Below, one piece after another: positions 49,240 through 59,474 of a DNA stretch of 64,000 bases. Position 1 is the first letter of the stretch, and the number at the start of each line of letters is the position of its first letter. A model generated the notes under the pieces. It was given only the letters and a program-made list of their open reading frames with translations. It did not search any database and had not been told where the DNA came from. Both the position numbers and the translations under genes were made by a program. This DNA comes from Spirochaetia bacterium (lineage in GTDB: Bacteria > Spirochaetota > Spirochaetia > CADAEX01): assembly GCA_963662795.1 (NCBI GenBank), contig OY759746.1:1664001-1728000 (forward strand), given 5' to 3'.

Positions 49240-50160
49240 ATGAGTGATATTTATAGATATATGGATCTTGGTATAGTTCATTTTAAGGCTTTCCCTGAGA
49301 TTGTTGACGGCGGCGGTGCGATTATCGATTCGCTGAAAAAACTTGTCGAAGATGAATTCTGGACTGCTGTAGAGATAGGCTGGATCAAGGATGATAAGAA
49401 AAGAAGCGAAGTCAGAAAACTTCTTGAAATATCGGCCATGAAAGTATGTTATGCCTGCCAGCCGAGGGTATTATCCCAGAAACTTAATTTAAACTCTTTT
49501 GACAAGGCGGAAAGGCGCAAGGCAATTGAGGGTGTGAAAAAAGGTATTGATGAGGCATACCATATCGGTGCGACATCAATCCGCGTACTTTCCGGAAAAG
49601 ACCCGGGAGATGAAAAACGGGAAGAGGCAAAAAAGATTTTTGTTGATTCTCTGTCGGAACTGTGTGAATACAACCGTGACTTTGGCGATGCAATGCTTTA
49701 TATGAAAATTTTTGACAGGGATATTGATAAAAAGGCCCTGATCGGACATTTCAGTGACGCGGCAGATGTAGCGGAAGCGGTTTACTCGAAATACAAAAAC
49801 TTCGGAGTGCTTGCAGATCTTTCCCATTTTCCTCTTTTGAGGGAAAAACCCGAAGAAGCAATTCCTCTTGTTGAGAAATTCCCTATGCATTTTCATCTCG
49901 GCAATTGTATAATGAGAGACCGAAAACATCCCCTGTACGGAGATCTTCAGCCCAGGTTCGGAATTCCCGGCGGCGAGACTGATGTTAAAGAGGTTGCGGA
50001 CTTTTTCAGGCTTCTGCTTAAGAGGAAGCTTGTTTCTCCCGAAAAACGCCCTGTTGTAAGTGTAGAGGTGAGGCCGCTATTGATGGAAGAATACTCCGAA
50101 GCCATTATTGCACAGGCAAAAAGGGTAATTAAGCTTGCATGGGCGGCAGCACAGGAATAA
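49240..50160 (+). CDS. Xylose-isomerase-like TIM barrel protein
   Basis: VHFKAFP, LSGKDPG, FDRDIDKKALIG, DLSHFPLL, HLGNC, SVEV. Confidence 0.75.
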   Translation: MSDIYRYMDLGIVHFKAFPEIVDGGGAIIDSLKKLVEDEFWTAVEIGWIKDDKKRSEVRKLLEISAMKVCYACQPRVLSQKLNLNSFDKAERRKAIEGVKKGIDEAYHIGATSIRVLSGKDPGDEKREEAKKIFVDSLSELCEYNRDFGDAMLYMKIFDRDIDKKALIGHFSDAADVAEAVYSKYKNFGVLADLSHFPLLREKPEEAIPLVEKFPMHFHLGNCIMRDRKHPLYGDLQPRFGIPGGETDVKEVADFFRLLLKRKLVSPEKRPVVSVEVRPLLMEEYSEAIIAQAKRVIKLAWAAAQE

Positions 50161-50261
50161 AAATATTAAGATACCCTTAAATAAACAGAAATTTATGTTT
50201 ATAATAAATAGAAGATAAGCAATATATAAATATTACAATAAACTAACAAAGGAGTTTTTTA

Positions 50262-51260
50262 ATGAAAAATTTTATGAAAATAACAGTTGCAGCAGTTTTA
50301 TTGATTGCATCTGTTTCCTTCGTTTTCGCGGCAGGCGGTAGTGAAGCTGCGTCTGAAGCTGCAGAAACAAGTGTTAAGTTTCCTGAAAAGCCGATAAGCT
50401 TTCTTATCCCGTTCGGAGCAGGCGGAGATGCCGACCTTCTCGGAAGGGCACTTGTAAGTTCAATGGATAAGATAGTAGGCCAGCCGGTTGTTCCTGTAAA
50501 CAGGCCTGGCGCGGGCGGCGGTATAATGTACGGCGAACTTCACAAAGCAGCACCGGACGGATACACAGCCGGATGGAGCTCTACTTCAATTCTTACGACA
50601 ACTATCATGGGCAATGTTCCTTTCCCCTATACCGATTTTGAAAATCTCTGTGTTGTTGGATATACATCCATGCCGATTGCAGTTCTTGCAGACTCACCGT
50701 GGAAAACCACAGATGAACTTGTCGCATGGGCAAAAAAGAACCCCGGCAAGCTTAAAATCGGTAACGCCGGTACAGGAAGCGGAACACACCTTACAGCGGT
50801 AATGTTTCAGCAGGCAACAGGTGTTCAGGCAATCCATGTTCCGCTTGGGGCAGAAAGAAGAATTGCAAGCCTCCTCGGAGGAGAAGTTGAAGCTGTATGC
50901 GTACCTCTTCCTGAAATTGCTCCCCAGGTAAATGCCGGCAAAGCAAGAATCCTCGGAGTATCAACTGCAAAAAGAGATCCGTCATTTCCCGATGTTCCTT
51001 CATTTAAAGAACAGGGCTATGATGTTGTAATGGACCTTTTCAGGGGTGTAAGTCTTCCCAAGGGAACAGACCCTGCTGTCGTAGCCATTCTCGAAAAAGC
51101 TTTCAAGGCTGCTTCAGAGAGCAAGGAATTCCAGGACCTTTCAAACAAAACCGGTTTTGTTGTTGATTTCAAGGGCAAGGCTGATTTTGAAGTAGTCCTC
51201 GCTGATCAGTATAAGAGAGTTTACGCCGCAATGGATGCCGGCGGGTTGATTAAAAAATAA
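50262..51260 (+). CDS. tctC: Tripartite tricarboxylate transporter binding protein
   Basis: FPEKPI, PFGAGGDAD..R, NRPGAGG, APDGYT, AGTGSGTHL, PDVPSFKEQG. Confidence 0.9.
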   Translation: MKNFMKITVAAVLLIASVSFVFAAGGSEAASEAAETSVKFPEKPISFLIPFGAGGDADLLGRALVSSMDKIVGQPVVPVNRPGAGGGIMYGELHKAAPDGYTAGWSSTSILTTTIMGNVPFPYTDFENLCVVGYTSMPIAVLADSPWKTTDELVAWAKKNPGKLKIGNAGTGSGTHLTAVMFQQATGVQAIHVPLGAERRIASLLGGEVEAVCVPLPEIAPQVNAGKARILGVSTAKRDPSFPDVPSFKEQGYDVVMDLFRGVSLPKGTDPAVVAILEKAFKAASESKEFQDLSNKTGFVVDFKGKADFEVVLADQYKRVYAAMDAGGLIKK

Positions 51261-51400
51261 TAACCACAATAAATAATTCCGGTTTCAGCACTGTTTAAGC
51301 TTTAAGCTGCCGCAGTGCCGGGCCGGGGATATTTCAGGTTTATGTCATACAGGCTGAAAAATGCAGTTTTCTTTAAACAGCTTTATATCGGATTATAATA

Positions 51401-51856
51401 ATGAAAAAAATTAATATTATCTTGTCTGCCGTTATTTACCTCTTCGCAATCTTTTATTTCTGGCAGATTCTTATGCTTCCTGACAGAAACATGCCGGGAA
51501 CTTTAAAAAGCAGTTTTATGCCTACCCTGCTTTTTGTATTATTGATGATAGTAAACACAGTTTTCCTTGTTGTTTCTTTAGTCAAACCGTGTCTTGAGAA
51601 ATGTGATTATTTTATACATAAATACGAAATATTGGGTATTTTAAAGGTTGTTTCTCTTATCATCGGCTATATCTTTATGATGCGAATTGTAGGATTTGCC
51701 ATAATCACCCCTGTTATTGTTTTTCTTCTCATGAAAATGATGGGGGCGGTAAAATTAAAAGAGATGATCCTTACGTCTGTCCTGGTCTCTGCGTCAGTAT
51801 ATTTGTTGTTTGTCGTTGTTTTCAGGGTGCAGCTGCCTGGCGGAATGATCATATAG
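51401..51856 (+). CDS. tctB: Tripartite tricarboxylate transporter small membrane subunit
   Basis: Four TM helices, C-terminal VQLPGG, between tctC and tctA. Confidence 0.85.
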   Translation: MKKINIILSAVIYLFAIFYFWQILMLPDRNMPGTLKSSFMPTLLFVLLMIVNTVFLVVSLVKPCLEKCDYFIHKYEILGILKVVSLIIGYIFMMRIVGFAIITPVIVFLLMKMMGAVKLKEMILTSVLVSASVYLLFVVVFRVQLPGGMII

Positions 51857-51920
51857 ATAATAATCATATAAATATTTCTGTATGATTATTCCGAATACAA
51901 ATTAATTTAGGTGATAATAC

Positions 51921-53450
51921 ATGTTAGAATATATCTTGGCTTCAATGTTTGAAGTATTGAAATGGCAAAACCTTTTAGCGTCTTTGCTGGGGGTCGCGTT
52001 CGGACTGTTTATCGGGGCAACCCCCGGACTCACAATATCCCTGGGAATGGTGCTGCTGCTTCCAATAACTTTTTCTCTTGATCCTGTTACATCTGTCTGC
52101 CTTCTTCTGGGCCTTTACGCGGCCGGAATGACGGGCGGTTCATTTTCTGCGATACTTCTCAATATTCCGGGAACACCTTCGGCATCGGCGACAGCTATTG
52201 ACGGGCATATTATGGCTCAGCAGGGGAAAGCAGGTCAGGCCCTGGGAACCGCAATTATCGCGTCTTTCATCGGAGGGATAATCGGGCTTTTCTGTCTTTC
52301 AGCGATATCCCCTTTTCTCGCGAAAGCTGCGCTCAAATTCGGAGCGCCTGAACTTTTCGCCCTTGTTCTGCTGGGAATTACACTGATATGCAGCTTCGGA
52401 CAGCAGTCTCTGTCGAAAAGCGTGATAGCAGGACTGATAGGTTTGATAATTATGACAGCGGGTCTTGATTCAATGACGGGAACGCCCCGGTTTACATTCG
52501 GTATGATGGACCTTCAGGCAGGGATCCCTTTCCTTCCTGCAATGATAGGGCTGTTTGCGATTCCTCAGATAATTGCAGGATTGACAAGCAAGTTGAGCGT
52601 CATTCCGAAGTATGATAAAAAAATAACAGGTATACTGCCGAAATTTTCAGATATCGGAAAAAGAATGAGAGCAATACTGACCGGGGCCTTTATCGGAACA
52701 GGTATAGGGGCAATTCCGGGAGCGGGCGGGGCTATCGCTGTTTTTCTCGCTTACGACGCATCAAAAAAGATTTCAAAGGATAAGGAAAATTACGGCAACG
52801 GCTCAGCTGATGGAATTGCGGCGCCTGAGGCTGCCAATAACGCGGTAGGGGGCGGAGCCCTTATACCGATGCTTACGCTCGGAATACCCGGGGATCCCAT
52901 CACCGCGATACTTCTCGGATCACTTATGATTCACGGTCTTATACCGGGTCCCCTTCTTTTTGAAACAAATCCCCAGTTTGTATTTTCAATCTTCTGGGCA
53001 TTTTTAATTGCAAATATTTTTAATCTTGTTGTTTCATTTACCAGCATTAATTTCTGGGTAAGAATCCTGAAAGTACCGCAAAGGATACTCCTTCCAATAA
53101 TTCTTGTTCTCTGTGTTGTCGGTTCCTATTCACTCAGAAATACTTTTTTTGATACAGGTATAATGATATTTTTCGGAATCCTTGCTTTCTTTATGAAAAA
53201 ATACGGATTTCCGGTTGTTCCTTTGCTTCTGGCGCTGATTCTCGGGCCTAACCTTGAAGAACACCTCAGGATGTCTCTTATAATAAGCCAGGGCAATCCG
53301 ATGGTCTTTGTAAGACATCCGATAAGTCTTTTCTTTATTATTGTATCACTAATCTCACTTACCGCTCCTTTTCTCGTGCCTGCCATTAAAAAAGAACTGG
53401 CAAAGGGCGCGGAGAAATGTACGCCGAAGAGTGATGATATAAATAAATAA
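51921..53450 (+). CDS. tctA: Tripartite tricarboxylate transporter large membrane subunit
   Basis: GATPGL, GGSFSAILLNIPGTP, APEAANNA, PMLTLGIPG. Confidence 0.93.
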   Translation: MLEYILASMFEVLKWQNLLASLLGVAFGLFIGATPGLTISLGMVLLLPITFSLDPVTSVCLLLGLYAAGMTGGSFSAILLNIPGTPSASATAIDGHIMAQQGKAGQALGTAIIASFIGGIIGLFCLSAISPFLAKAALKFGAPELFALVLLGITLICSFGQQSLSKSVIAGLIGLIIMTAGLDSMTGTPRFTFGMMDLQAGIPFLPAMIGLFAIPQIIAGLTSKLSVIPKYDKKITGILPKFSDIGKRMRAILTGAFIGTGIGAIPGAGGAIAVFLAYDASKKISKDKENYGNGSADGIAAPEAANNAVGGGALIPMLTLGIPGDPITAILLGSLMIHGLIPGPLLFETNPQFVFSIFWAFLIANIFNLVVSFTSINFWVRILKVPQRILLPIILVLCVVGSYSLRNTFFDTGIMIFFGILAFFMKKYGFPVVPLLLALILGPNLEEHLRMSLIISQGNPMVFVRHPISLFFIIVSLISLTAPFLVPAIKKELAKGAEKCTPKSDDINK

Positions 53451-53478
53451 TTCTTAAAAATATTGTGGAGGATGAAAA

Positions 53479-53937
53479 ATGAGCTGTGATAAATGTGATG
53501 AATGCCTGAAATACTACAACAGCGGAAGTACCGGAGGGTATAACTGTGCTGAATCAACCCTGTACGGGCTTGCAAAATATCTGGAAATTGACAGTACCCT
53601 GATTCCCAGAATTGCCACCCCCTTCGGCGGCGGTTTCGGCAGGAACGGTATGATGTGCGGAAGTCTTGCCGCAGGCGGAATGGCCCTCGGTATTGTATAC
53701 GGCCGCGACAGTATTGATGAAGAAAGGGCGCCTGCCTATGAAGCTGTCGACAGGCTTCTTGCGAAATTCAGGGATAATATCGGGAATATAAACTGTCTTG
53801 ATATTACAGGCCTTGACCTCAAGAAAACTCAGCCGACCGATGATGAAAAACTTAAAGTCCATGAAAACATATGCAAACCGCTTGTCCGGAAAGTCTGCGA
53901 ATGGGTAATCGAAGATATTGAGGAACACCGTAAATGA
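53479..53937 (+). CDS. C_GCAxxG_C_C family putative redox protein
   Basis: YNCAES, FGGGFG..MCGSLAAG, INC, IC conserved cysteines. Confidence 0.85.
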   Translation: MSCDKCDECLKYYNSGSTGGYNCAESTLYGLAKYLEIDSTLIPRIATPFGGGFGRNGMMCGSLAAGGMALGIVYGRDSIDEERAPAYEAVDRLLAKFRDNIGNINCLDITGLDLKKTQPTDDEKLKVHENICKPLVRKVCEWVIEDIEEHRK

Positions 53938-55655
53938 AAAGAGAAAAGCTGCTTGTAATCGGAGGTGTCGCCGCGGGGGCAAAAACCGCGGCAAAAGCCA
54001 GGAGAGAAAATCAGTCGCTTGATATTACAATCCTGTCCAATGAAGATATGATCTCCTATGCCGGGTGCGGGCTTCCTTATTATATCGGCGGTGTTATTGA
54101 GACAGAAGAAGCGCTTAAAATTGTCAAAGCCGAATCTTTTGAAAAAGTGCGGGATATAAAGGTAGAGCTTAATACAGAAGCAAAAGATATTGATCCGGTT
54201 AACAAGACAGTAGCCGCCATTGATTTACTAACAGGTAAAAATAAAAAATATGAATATGATACTCTGGTCATTGCCACCGGTGCAATTCCTTTTCCTCTTC
54301 CGCTCCCGGGGGCAGACCTCCCCGGGATATTTAATCTCAGAACTATCAGGGACTCCAATAAGATAAAAGACGCGGCGGTAAAGACAGCTGCAAAAAAAGG
54401 CCGGGCCCTTGTGATAGGTTCCGGTTTTATAGGAATTGAAACCGCGGAAAACCTTTTTGATATGGGAATTGAGACTGTTATTGTTGAGATGAAGGACCAG
54501 ATTCTGCCGGGTTTTGATTACGATGTATCCCTTTACATCAGGTATTTCATGGAGCAGAAAGGTGTACAGATAAAGACAGACGAAATGGTTACCGGTTTTA
54601 TTTCCCTGGGAAATGGAAAATTAAGAGTATCACTTCGTGATTCAGATGATATTGATGTGGATTTTGTCGTTTCAGCAGCCGGTGTTAAAGCCAATACATC
54701 AATTGCGGTCAATTGCGGAATAAAAACAGGTATTGCCGGCGCCATCAAGGTTGATGATAATTTTGAAACAAATATCAAAGACATATTTGCTGTAGGCGAT
54801 TGTGTTGAAATGAAAAACCGTATTACCGGTAAAGAGTGCTGGGTCCCGCTCGGTTCTACTGCAAACAAGATGGGCAGGATCATGGCGGAGAAACGGTTCG
54901 GAGGGTCTTCAGAGATTTTCCCCGGAGTCCTTGGCACAATGATAATCAAGGTTTTCGAAATGACAGCAGGAAAAACCGGTCTGACCGAAAGGGATGCCAA
55001 AGCCGCGGGATTCGATTATGATACTGTAATAGTTCCCGGAAACGACAGCGCCGGATACTATCCGGGATTCAAAGAGATAATAACCAAACTTATATATGAG
55101 AAAAAAAGCGGAAGGGTTCTCGGCGGGCAGGTGTTCGGCTGGGGAGTTGTTGATAAACCGGTAGATATCCTTGTTACGGCAATAAGCTTTAACGCTACAA
55201 TATTTGATCTTTCAAATCTTGATCTTGCCTATGCCCCCCCGTTTTCCAACGCTATGGCATCAACTATCGCATCCTCCAATACCGGAAGAAATAAACTTAC
55301 GGGAAGGGTTAAAACAATACATCCTGTAGATCTTTTTTCAGCTGAGAAAAACAGAAGTGTTACAATCCTTGATATCAGAACAGATGATGAGGTTGCTGAA
55401 TGGTCCATACCGGGTTCAATCCATATTGAAAATACTTACCTCACGGAAAGAATCGGCGAACTTGATAAAAATAAAGAATATGCCATCCTCTGCAGAAGGG
55501 GAATAAGGGCGTATAACGCCTATAAGATTCTTGAAAAAGCAGGTTTTGAAAAAATTGCGGTTTTATCCGGAGGAACTGTGTTTTCCGCACACTTCTGGGA
55601 AAAACTCAGGCAGGATACAGTGCTGCAAAAAGGCACCCCTTCGGGTAAAGGATGA
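53934..55655 (+). CDS. CoA-disulfide/persulfide reductase with C-terminal rhodanese domain
   Basis: GGVAAG, SYAGCGLPYYIG redox Cys, GSGFIG, AVGDC, YAPPFS, rhodanese LDIR...CRRGIRA. Confidence 0.9.
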   Translation: MKREKLLVIGGVAAGAKTAAKARRENQSLDITILSNEDMISYAGCGLPYYIGGVIETEEALKIVKAESFEKVRDIKVELNTEAKDIDPVNKTVAAIDLLTGKNKKYEYDTLVIATGAIPFPLPLPGADLPGIFNLRTIRDSNKIKDAAVKTAAKKGRALVIGSGFIGIETAENLFDMGIETVIVEMKDQILPGFDYDVSLYIRYFMEQKGVQIKTDEMVTGFISLGNGKLRVSLRDSDDIDVDFVVSAAGVKANTSIAVNCGIKTGIAGAIKVDDNFETNIKDIFAVGDCVEMKNRITGKECWVPLGSTANKMGRIMAEKRFGGSSEIFPGVLGTMIIKVFEMTAGKTGLTERDAKAAGFDYDTVIVPGNDSAGYYPGFKEIITKLIYEKKSGRVLGGQVFGWGVVDKPVDILVTAISFNATIFDLSNLDLAYAPPFSNAMASTIASSNTGRNKLTGRVKTIHPVDLFSAEKNRSVTILDIRTDDEVAEWSIPGSIHIENTYLTERIGELDKNKEYAILCRRGIRAYNAYKILEKAGFEKIAVLSGGTVFSAHFWEKLRQDTVLQKGTPSGKG

Positions 55656-56041
55656 AAATATTTTCCGCGCTTGCGCTTGCCTCGGTAATTGCTTTTGCAA
55701 GTGAACTGTTATCCGGATTGCTGCTTCCCATGATACCGGGAAGCGTAATCGGGATTATAATTATGACAATCCTCCTTTATTCAAAGAGTATAAAGTATAA
55801 AACCATTGAGGAAGTCTCGGGATTTTTTCTTGATAATCTGGTTTTTTTTCTGATTCCTGTTGTTGTAAGCTGCGCTGATATAGGCAGATATGCCGGCAAA
55901 TATCTTTTTAAAATATTACTGCTGATAGCTGCCGGAACAATTATCGTAATGCTGGTTACCGGAATAACATCCCAGATTTTAATGAAGCTTTTTCACGGGC
56001 ATGAGACAGCGGGCCCCGGACGCGGAACGGACGGGAAATGA
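55652..56041 (+). CDS. lrgA: CidA/LrgA family membrane protein
   Basis: IPGSVIG, FFLDNLVFFLIP; paired with LrgB. Confidence 0.8.
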   Translation: MKIFSALALASVIAFASELLSGLLLPMIPGSVIGIIIMTILLYSKSIKYKTIEEVSGFFLDNLVFFLIPVVVSCADIGRYAGKYLFKILLLIAAGTIIVMLVTGITSQILMKLFHGHETAGPGRGTDGK

Positions 56042-56730
56042 AAGCTGTATCATCCGACCCTTTGTTCGGTCTGTTTATAACCATTACTATGTATGTTTTA
56101 TTTAAAAAATTATATCTGAAGACAGGGAAAATATATCTTCAGCCGGTAATCACGGCAAGCGCATCGATTATAATTATCCTTTATATTACGGGAATTTCTG
56201 TAGACAGTTATATGAAAGGGGGAGGAATAATTTTCGCTTTTCTTCCAATGGCAACGCTTTTTCTTTCAGTTCCGCTCTATCTTAAACTGGCCTCTGTACG
56301 AAGATACCTGGCTGTAATGATTATTTCCATTGTTCTTGGAAGCGCCTCCGGAATTGTCGCGGTAGTGTGGCTCGGCAGGATTATGGATATTCCTTTAGAT
56401 ATCTATATATCGCTTGTCCCTAAATCAGTAACAATGCCCCTTGCTGTCGGAATTGCTGAAAAAATCGGCGGTTTAAAGGAGCTTGCCGCGGCCGGGGTTG
56501 TATTTACCGGTATGACAGGACTTTTTATAGCTGATCTGATGTTTAAAATATTCAGAATAAAAAATCCTGCAGCGAAAGGACTTGCACTTGGTACTTCGGC
56601 CCATATCCTCGGTACCGGCCGTGCTGTGGAGATGGGGATGCTTGAAGGATCTGTCAGCAGCATGGCTATGGTAATAGCCGGTATAATTACAGCCCTTATA
56701 ACTCCGGTAATCCTCTATTTTCTTCTTTAA
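56038..56730 (+). CDS. lrgB: LrgB/CidB family membrane protein
   Basis: YMKGG, LSVPLY, PKSVTMPLA, GLALGTSAHILGTGRA. Confidence 0.88.
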   Translation: MKAVSSDPLFGLFITITMYVLFKKLYLKTGKIYLQPVITASASIIIILYITGISVDSYMKGGGIIFAFLPMATLFLSVPLYLKLASVRRYLAVMIISIVLGSASGIVAVVWLGRIMDIPLDIYISLVPKSVTMPLAVGIAEKIGGLKELAAAGVVFTGMTGLFIADLMFKIFRIKNPAAKGLALGTSAHILGTGRAVEMGMLEGSVSSMAMVIAGIITALITPVILYFLL

Positions 56731-56771
56731 ATAATTTATTCCTCAGTAACTACTCCTTTCTTTTTTTATTC

Positions 56772-56821
56772 TTGACATCCGGTAAAGCCGTGCTAAAATA
56801 ATATTGTAATACAATCTAACA
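56772..56821 (+). promoter_or_regulatory. Promoter with palindromic operator ATTGTAATACAAT
   Basis: TTGACA-16 bp-TAAAAT (extended TG); palindrome 56803-56815 followed by CTAACA. Confidence 0.7.
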
Positions 56822-56839
56822 GACTAAAAGGAGAAATTT

Positions 56840-58102
56840 ATGAGGAGACATGTGAAATTTCAATCTCTTCTTCTGACAGCAGTGATGCTGCTTACTGCAG
56901 TATTTAATGTATCTGCAGGAGGGAAAAAGGAAGCTGATAATCCGACAGAATTTAAAATGGGATTCATGACTTCACTAAGCGGTACTTTTGCTGCGGTAGG
57001 TGAGACACAGAGAATGGGTACGCTTCTTGCTGTTGAAGAAATCAACGCGAAAGGCGGCCTTGACATGCCATGGGGAAAAGTAAAAGTCACAACAAGCATT
57101 AAAGATGATGAGGCCAAGCTTGATGTTGGTGTCAGAAGATACAGAGAGCTTATGGGTGAAGGGATAAATGCGCTTACAGGTACAGCATGGAACCCTATGG
57201 CGGCGGCTATCAATGAAGAAGGAAAAATTACCCCGATTCCATATCTTGCCGGATGCGTTCCTGCTCTTGATTCTTTTAAAAAGGGTAATCCTGCAATAGG
57301 AACATTCTCAGTAGCATTTACTCCATGGAGTATCGGCTATCTGGCAGGAGCTTCGGTTATCAAGCAGATGGGCAAAAAAACCATCTTCTATGTATCAAGA
57401 GCTGATTCATGGGGAAGCACAATATATGAAGGACTTAAAGCTGCAATTGCTGAATACGGCGGGGAGATTGTAGGCTTTGCTGAATATCCTCTCGGGAATG
57501 TGGACTTTTCAGCCGCAATAAACAAAGCGCTGGAAGTTAAACCCGATGTATTCATGGCCTGCCAGTTTGGAGGAGATGCCATTGCGATATTCAAACAGGC
57601 TTATGATATGGGTCTTCACAAAGAGTCTCTTATGTTTAATACATGGACAACAAATGTAGTAGGGAAAGGAATTCCTCCAGCCGCTCTTAAAGAACTTTAT
57701 GCTCTTAATTTCTATTATTACAATCTTGAAGGTTTCGGAAATCCGGAACTTGAGAAGAAAGCAAAAGCATATACTGACGCTCACGTGAAAATGTTTAACC
57801 AGCCGCCTGATGCATACGGAACAATCTCCTACATGGCTGCCAAAATTATTTTTGAGGCAGTAGAAAAAACCGGTACATTTGATCCTGTAAAAGTATCAGA
57901 ATATATTAAAACTGCAACATTCGATACTGTAAAGGGCAAGATGGCATTCAGGGAGGATAATGAACTTCTCGGTGATTACATGGCATTCATAGTAAAGGGA
58001 AAGGCTAAAGAGGAAATGAAAGATCCCAGCGATGTATGGAAAGTAACCGGTTCTTTCGGCGGACCCACAACTCTGCCGTCGCTTAAATCACTTGGTTATT
58101 AA
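56840..58102 (+). CDS. Liv-type (periplasmic binding protein type I) ABC binding protein
   Basis: Signal peptide ending VSAGGKKE; TSLSGTFA, LAVEEINAKGG, DDEAK, FGGDAI. Confidence 0.88.
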   Translation: MRRHVKFQSLLLTAVMLLTAVFNVSAGGKKEADNPTEFKMGFMTSLSGTFAAVGETQRMGTLLAVEEINAKGGLDMPWGKVKVTTSIKDDEAKLDVGVRRYRELMGEGINALTGTAWNPMAAAINEEGKITPIPYLAGCVPALDSFKKGNPAIGTFSVAFTPWSIGYLAGASVIKQMGKKTIFYVSRADSWGSTIYEGLKAAIAEYGGEIVGFAEYPLGNVDFSAAINKALEVKPDVFMACQFGGDAIAIFKQAYDMGLHKESLMFNTWTTNVVGKGIPPAALKELYALNFYYYNLEGFGNPELEKKAKAYTDAHVKMFNQPPDAYGTISYMAAKIIFEAVEKTGTFDPVKVSEYIKTATFDTVKGKMAFREDNELLGDYMAFIVKGKAKEEMKDPSDVWKVTGSFGGPTTLPSLKSLGY

Positions 58103-58215
58103 TTCCCGGTACTGGCCGGATTTTACGGATATGTAAAACTTTTTAAAACAGCATTCCGTAGTTTATCGGGATGCTGTTTTTTTTACTTTGCTTAAAAATT
58201 ATTTCAGGAGGAAAT

Positions 58216-59463
58216 ATGAAGAAAATACTTATTTTTTCACTTGCTCTTTTATTGACTGCTGCTGTGCTATTCGGCGGCGGCAAAAAAGAAACTGAAAATC
58301 CTTCAGTTTTCAAGATCGGATTTTCATCATCACTCAGCGGAACATTTGCCGGCGTAGCTGAAACACAGCGCAAGTCATTTGTCCTTGCAGTTGAAGAAAT
58401 CAATGCTGCCGGGGGTCTGAAGATGCCGTGGGGTAAAGTTCCTGTTGAATCCTTAATTGAAGATGACCAGGCAAAACTTGATGTGGGGGTGAGAAAATTC
58501 AGGGAAATGATGGACCAGGGAATGGATGCTCTTACAGGCGGAATCTGGAACCCGATGTCTGCCGCGCTTAATGAAGAGACAAAAATCAATCCTGTTATTT
58601 ATGTTCCCGGCTTTGTTCCGTCAAAAGATGCTTTCCTTGAAGGAAATCCTTCTGTCTGCACATATACTCCTACATTTACGCCCTGGAGCATCGGATATAT
58701 CACAGGAAAATCCATTGCCAAAAATCTCGGTAAAAAAACAATTTTTTATCTGAAGAGGGCGGATTCCTGGGGCACTGTAATCCAGGAAGGACTTGAGGCT
58801 GCATGCAAAGAATACGGAGCGCAGATTATAGCTGTTGAAGAGCTCCCTGCCGGTACAGTTGATTATTCAGCTGTTATAAATAAGGCGCTCAGAGCAAAAC
58901 CGGATGTGTTTGTAACTACAATGTTCGGGGGCGATGCAATCGCAAACCTTAAACAGGCATATGATATGGGCCTTTATGATGTAACTACAATCTTTAATGT
59001 ATGGACAGCCAATATTGTTGCCAAAGGAATTCCTGAGAATGCACTTGCCGGCCACTATGCTCTTGCGTGGTTTTACTATGACCTGACAGGATTCAAGGAT
59101 AAGGAAGTAGCTGATAAAACAAAAAAATATACTGATGACTACAGGGCAAGATGGAACGAGCCGCCTGATAACATGGGAACAGCCGCTTATCTGGCTGCAA
59201 AACTGATTTTCGGCGCGGTTGAAGAGGCAGGCACATTTGACCCTGCAAAGGTGAGCAAGGTTTTTGAAACCAAAAAAATTGACACAATAAAAGGAAGTTA
59301 CATATTCAGAAAGGACAGGCAGCCGCTTAATGATCACACAGCTTTCCTTTTAAAAGGGAAAACACCTTCAGAGAAAAAAGATGCATGGGATTTTTTCACA
59401 GTTGTTGATTCCTTCGGCGGAGAAGAAGTCCTGCCGCCGCTTTCTGTAATGGGTTACAAATAA
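58216..59463 (+). CDS. Liv-type ABC binding protein, tandem paralog
   Basis: Signal peptide ending LFGGGKKE; shares MPWGKV, AKLDVGVR, FTPWSIGY, RADSWG, KQAYDMGL with upstream gene; GGAGG RBS. Confidence 0.88.
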   Translation: MKKILIFSLALLLTAAVLFGGGKKETENPSVFKIGFSSSLSGTFAGVAETQRKSFVLAVEEINAAGGLKMPWGKVPVESLIEDDQAKLDVGVRKFREMMDQGMDALTGGIWNPMSAALNEETKINPVIYVPGFVPSKDAFLEGNPSVCTYTPTFTPWSIGYITGKSIAKNLGKKTIFYLKRADSWGTVIQEGLEAACKEYGAQIIAVEELPAGTVDYSAVINKALRAKPDVFVTTMFGGDAIANLKQAYDMGLYDVTTIFNVWTANIVAKGIPENALAGHYALAWFYYDLTGFKDKEVADKTKKYTDDYRARWNEPPDNMGTAAYLAAKLIFGAVEEAGTFDPAKVSKVFETKKIDTIKGSYIFRKDRQPLNDHTAFLLKGKTPSEKKDAWDFFTVVDSFGGEEVLPPLSVMGYK

Positions 59464-59474
59464 GGAGTTTTAGT

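Noticed and set aside
55652-56730. CidA/LrgA as a prophage holin
   Set aside because: No phage genes nearby; standard LrgAB pair in a metabolic operon
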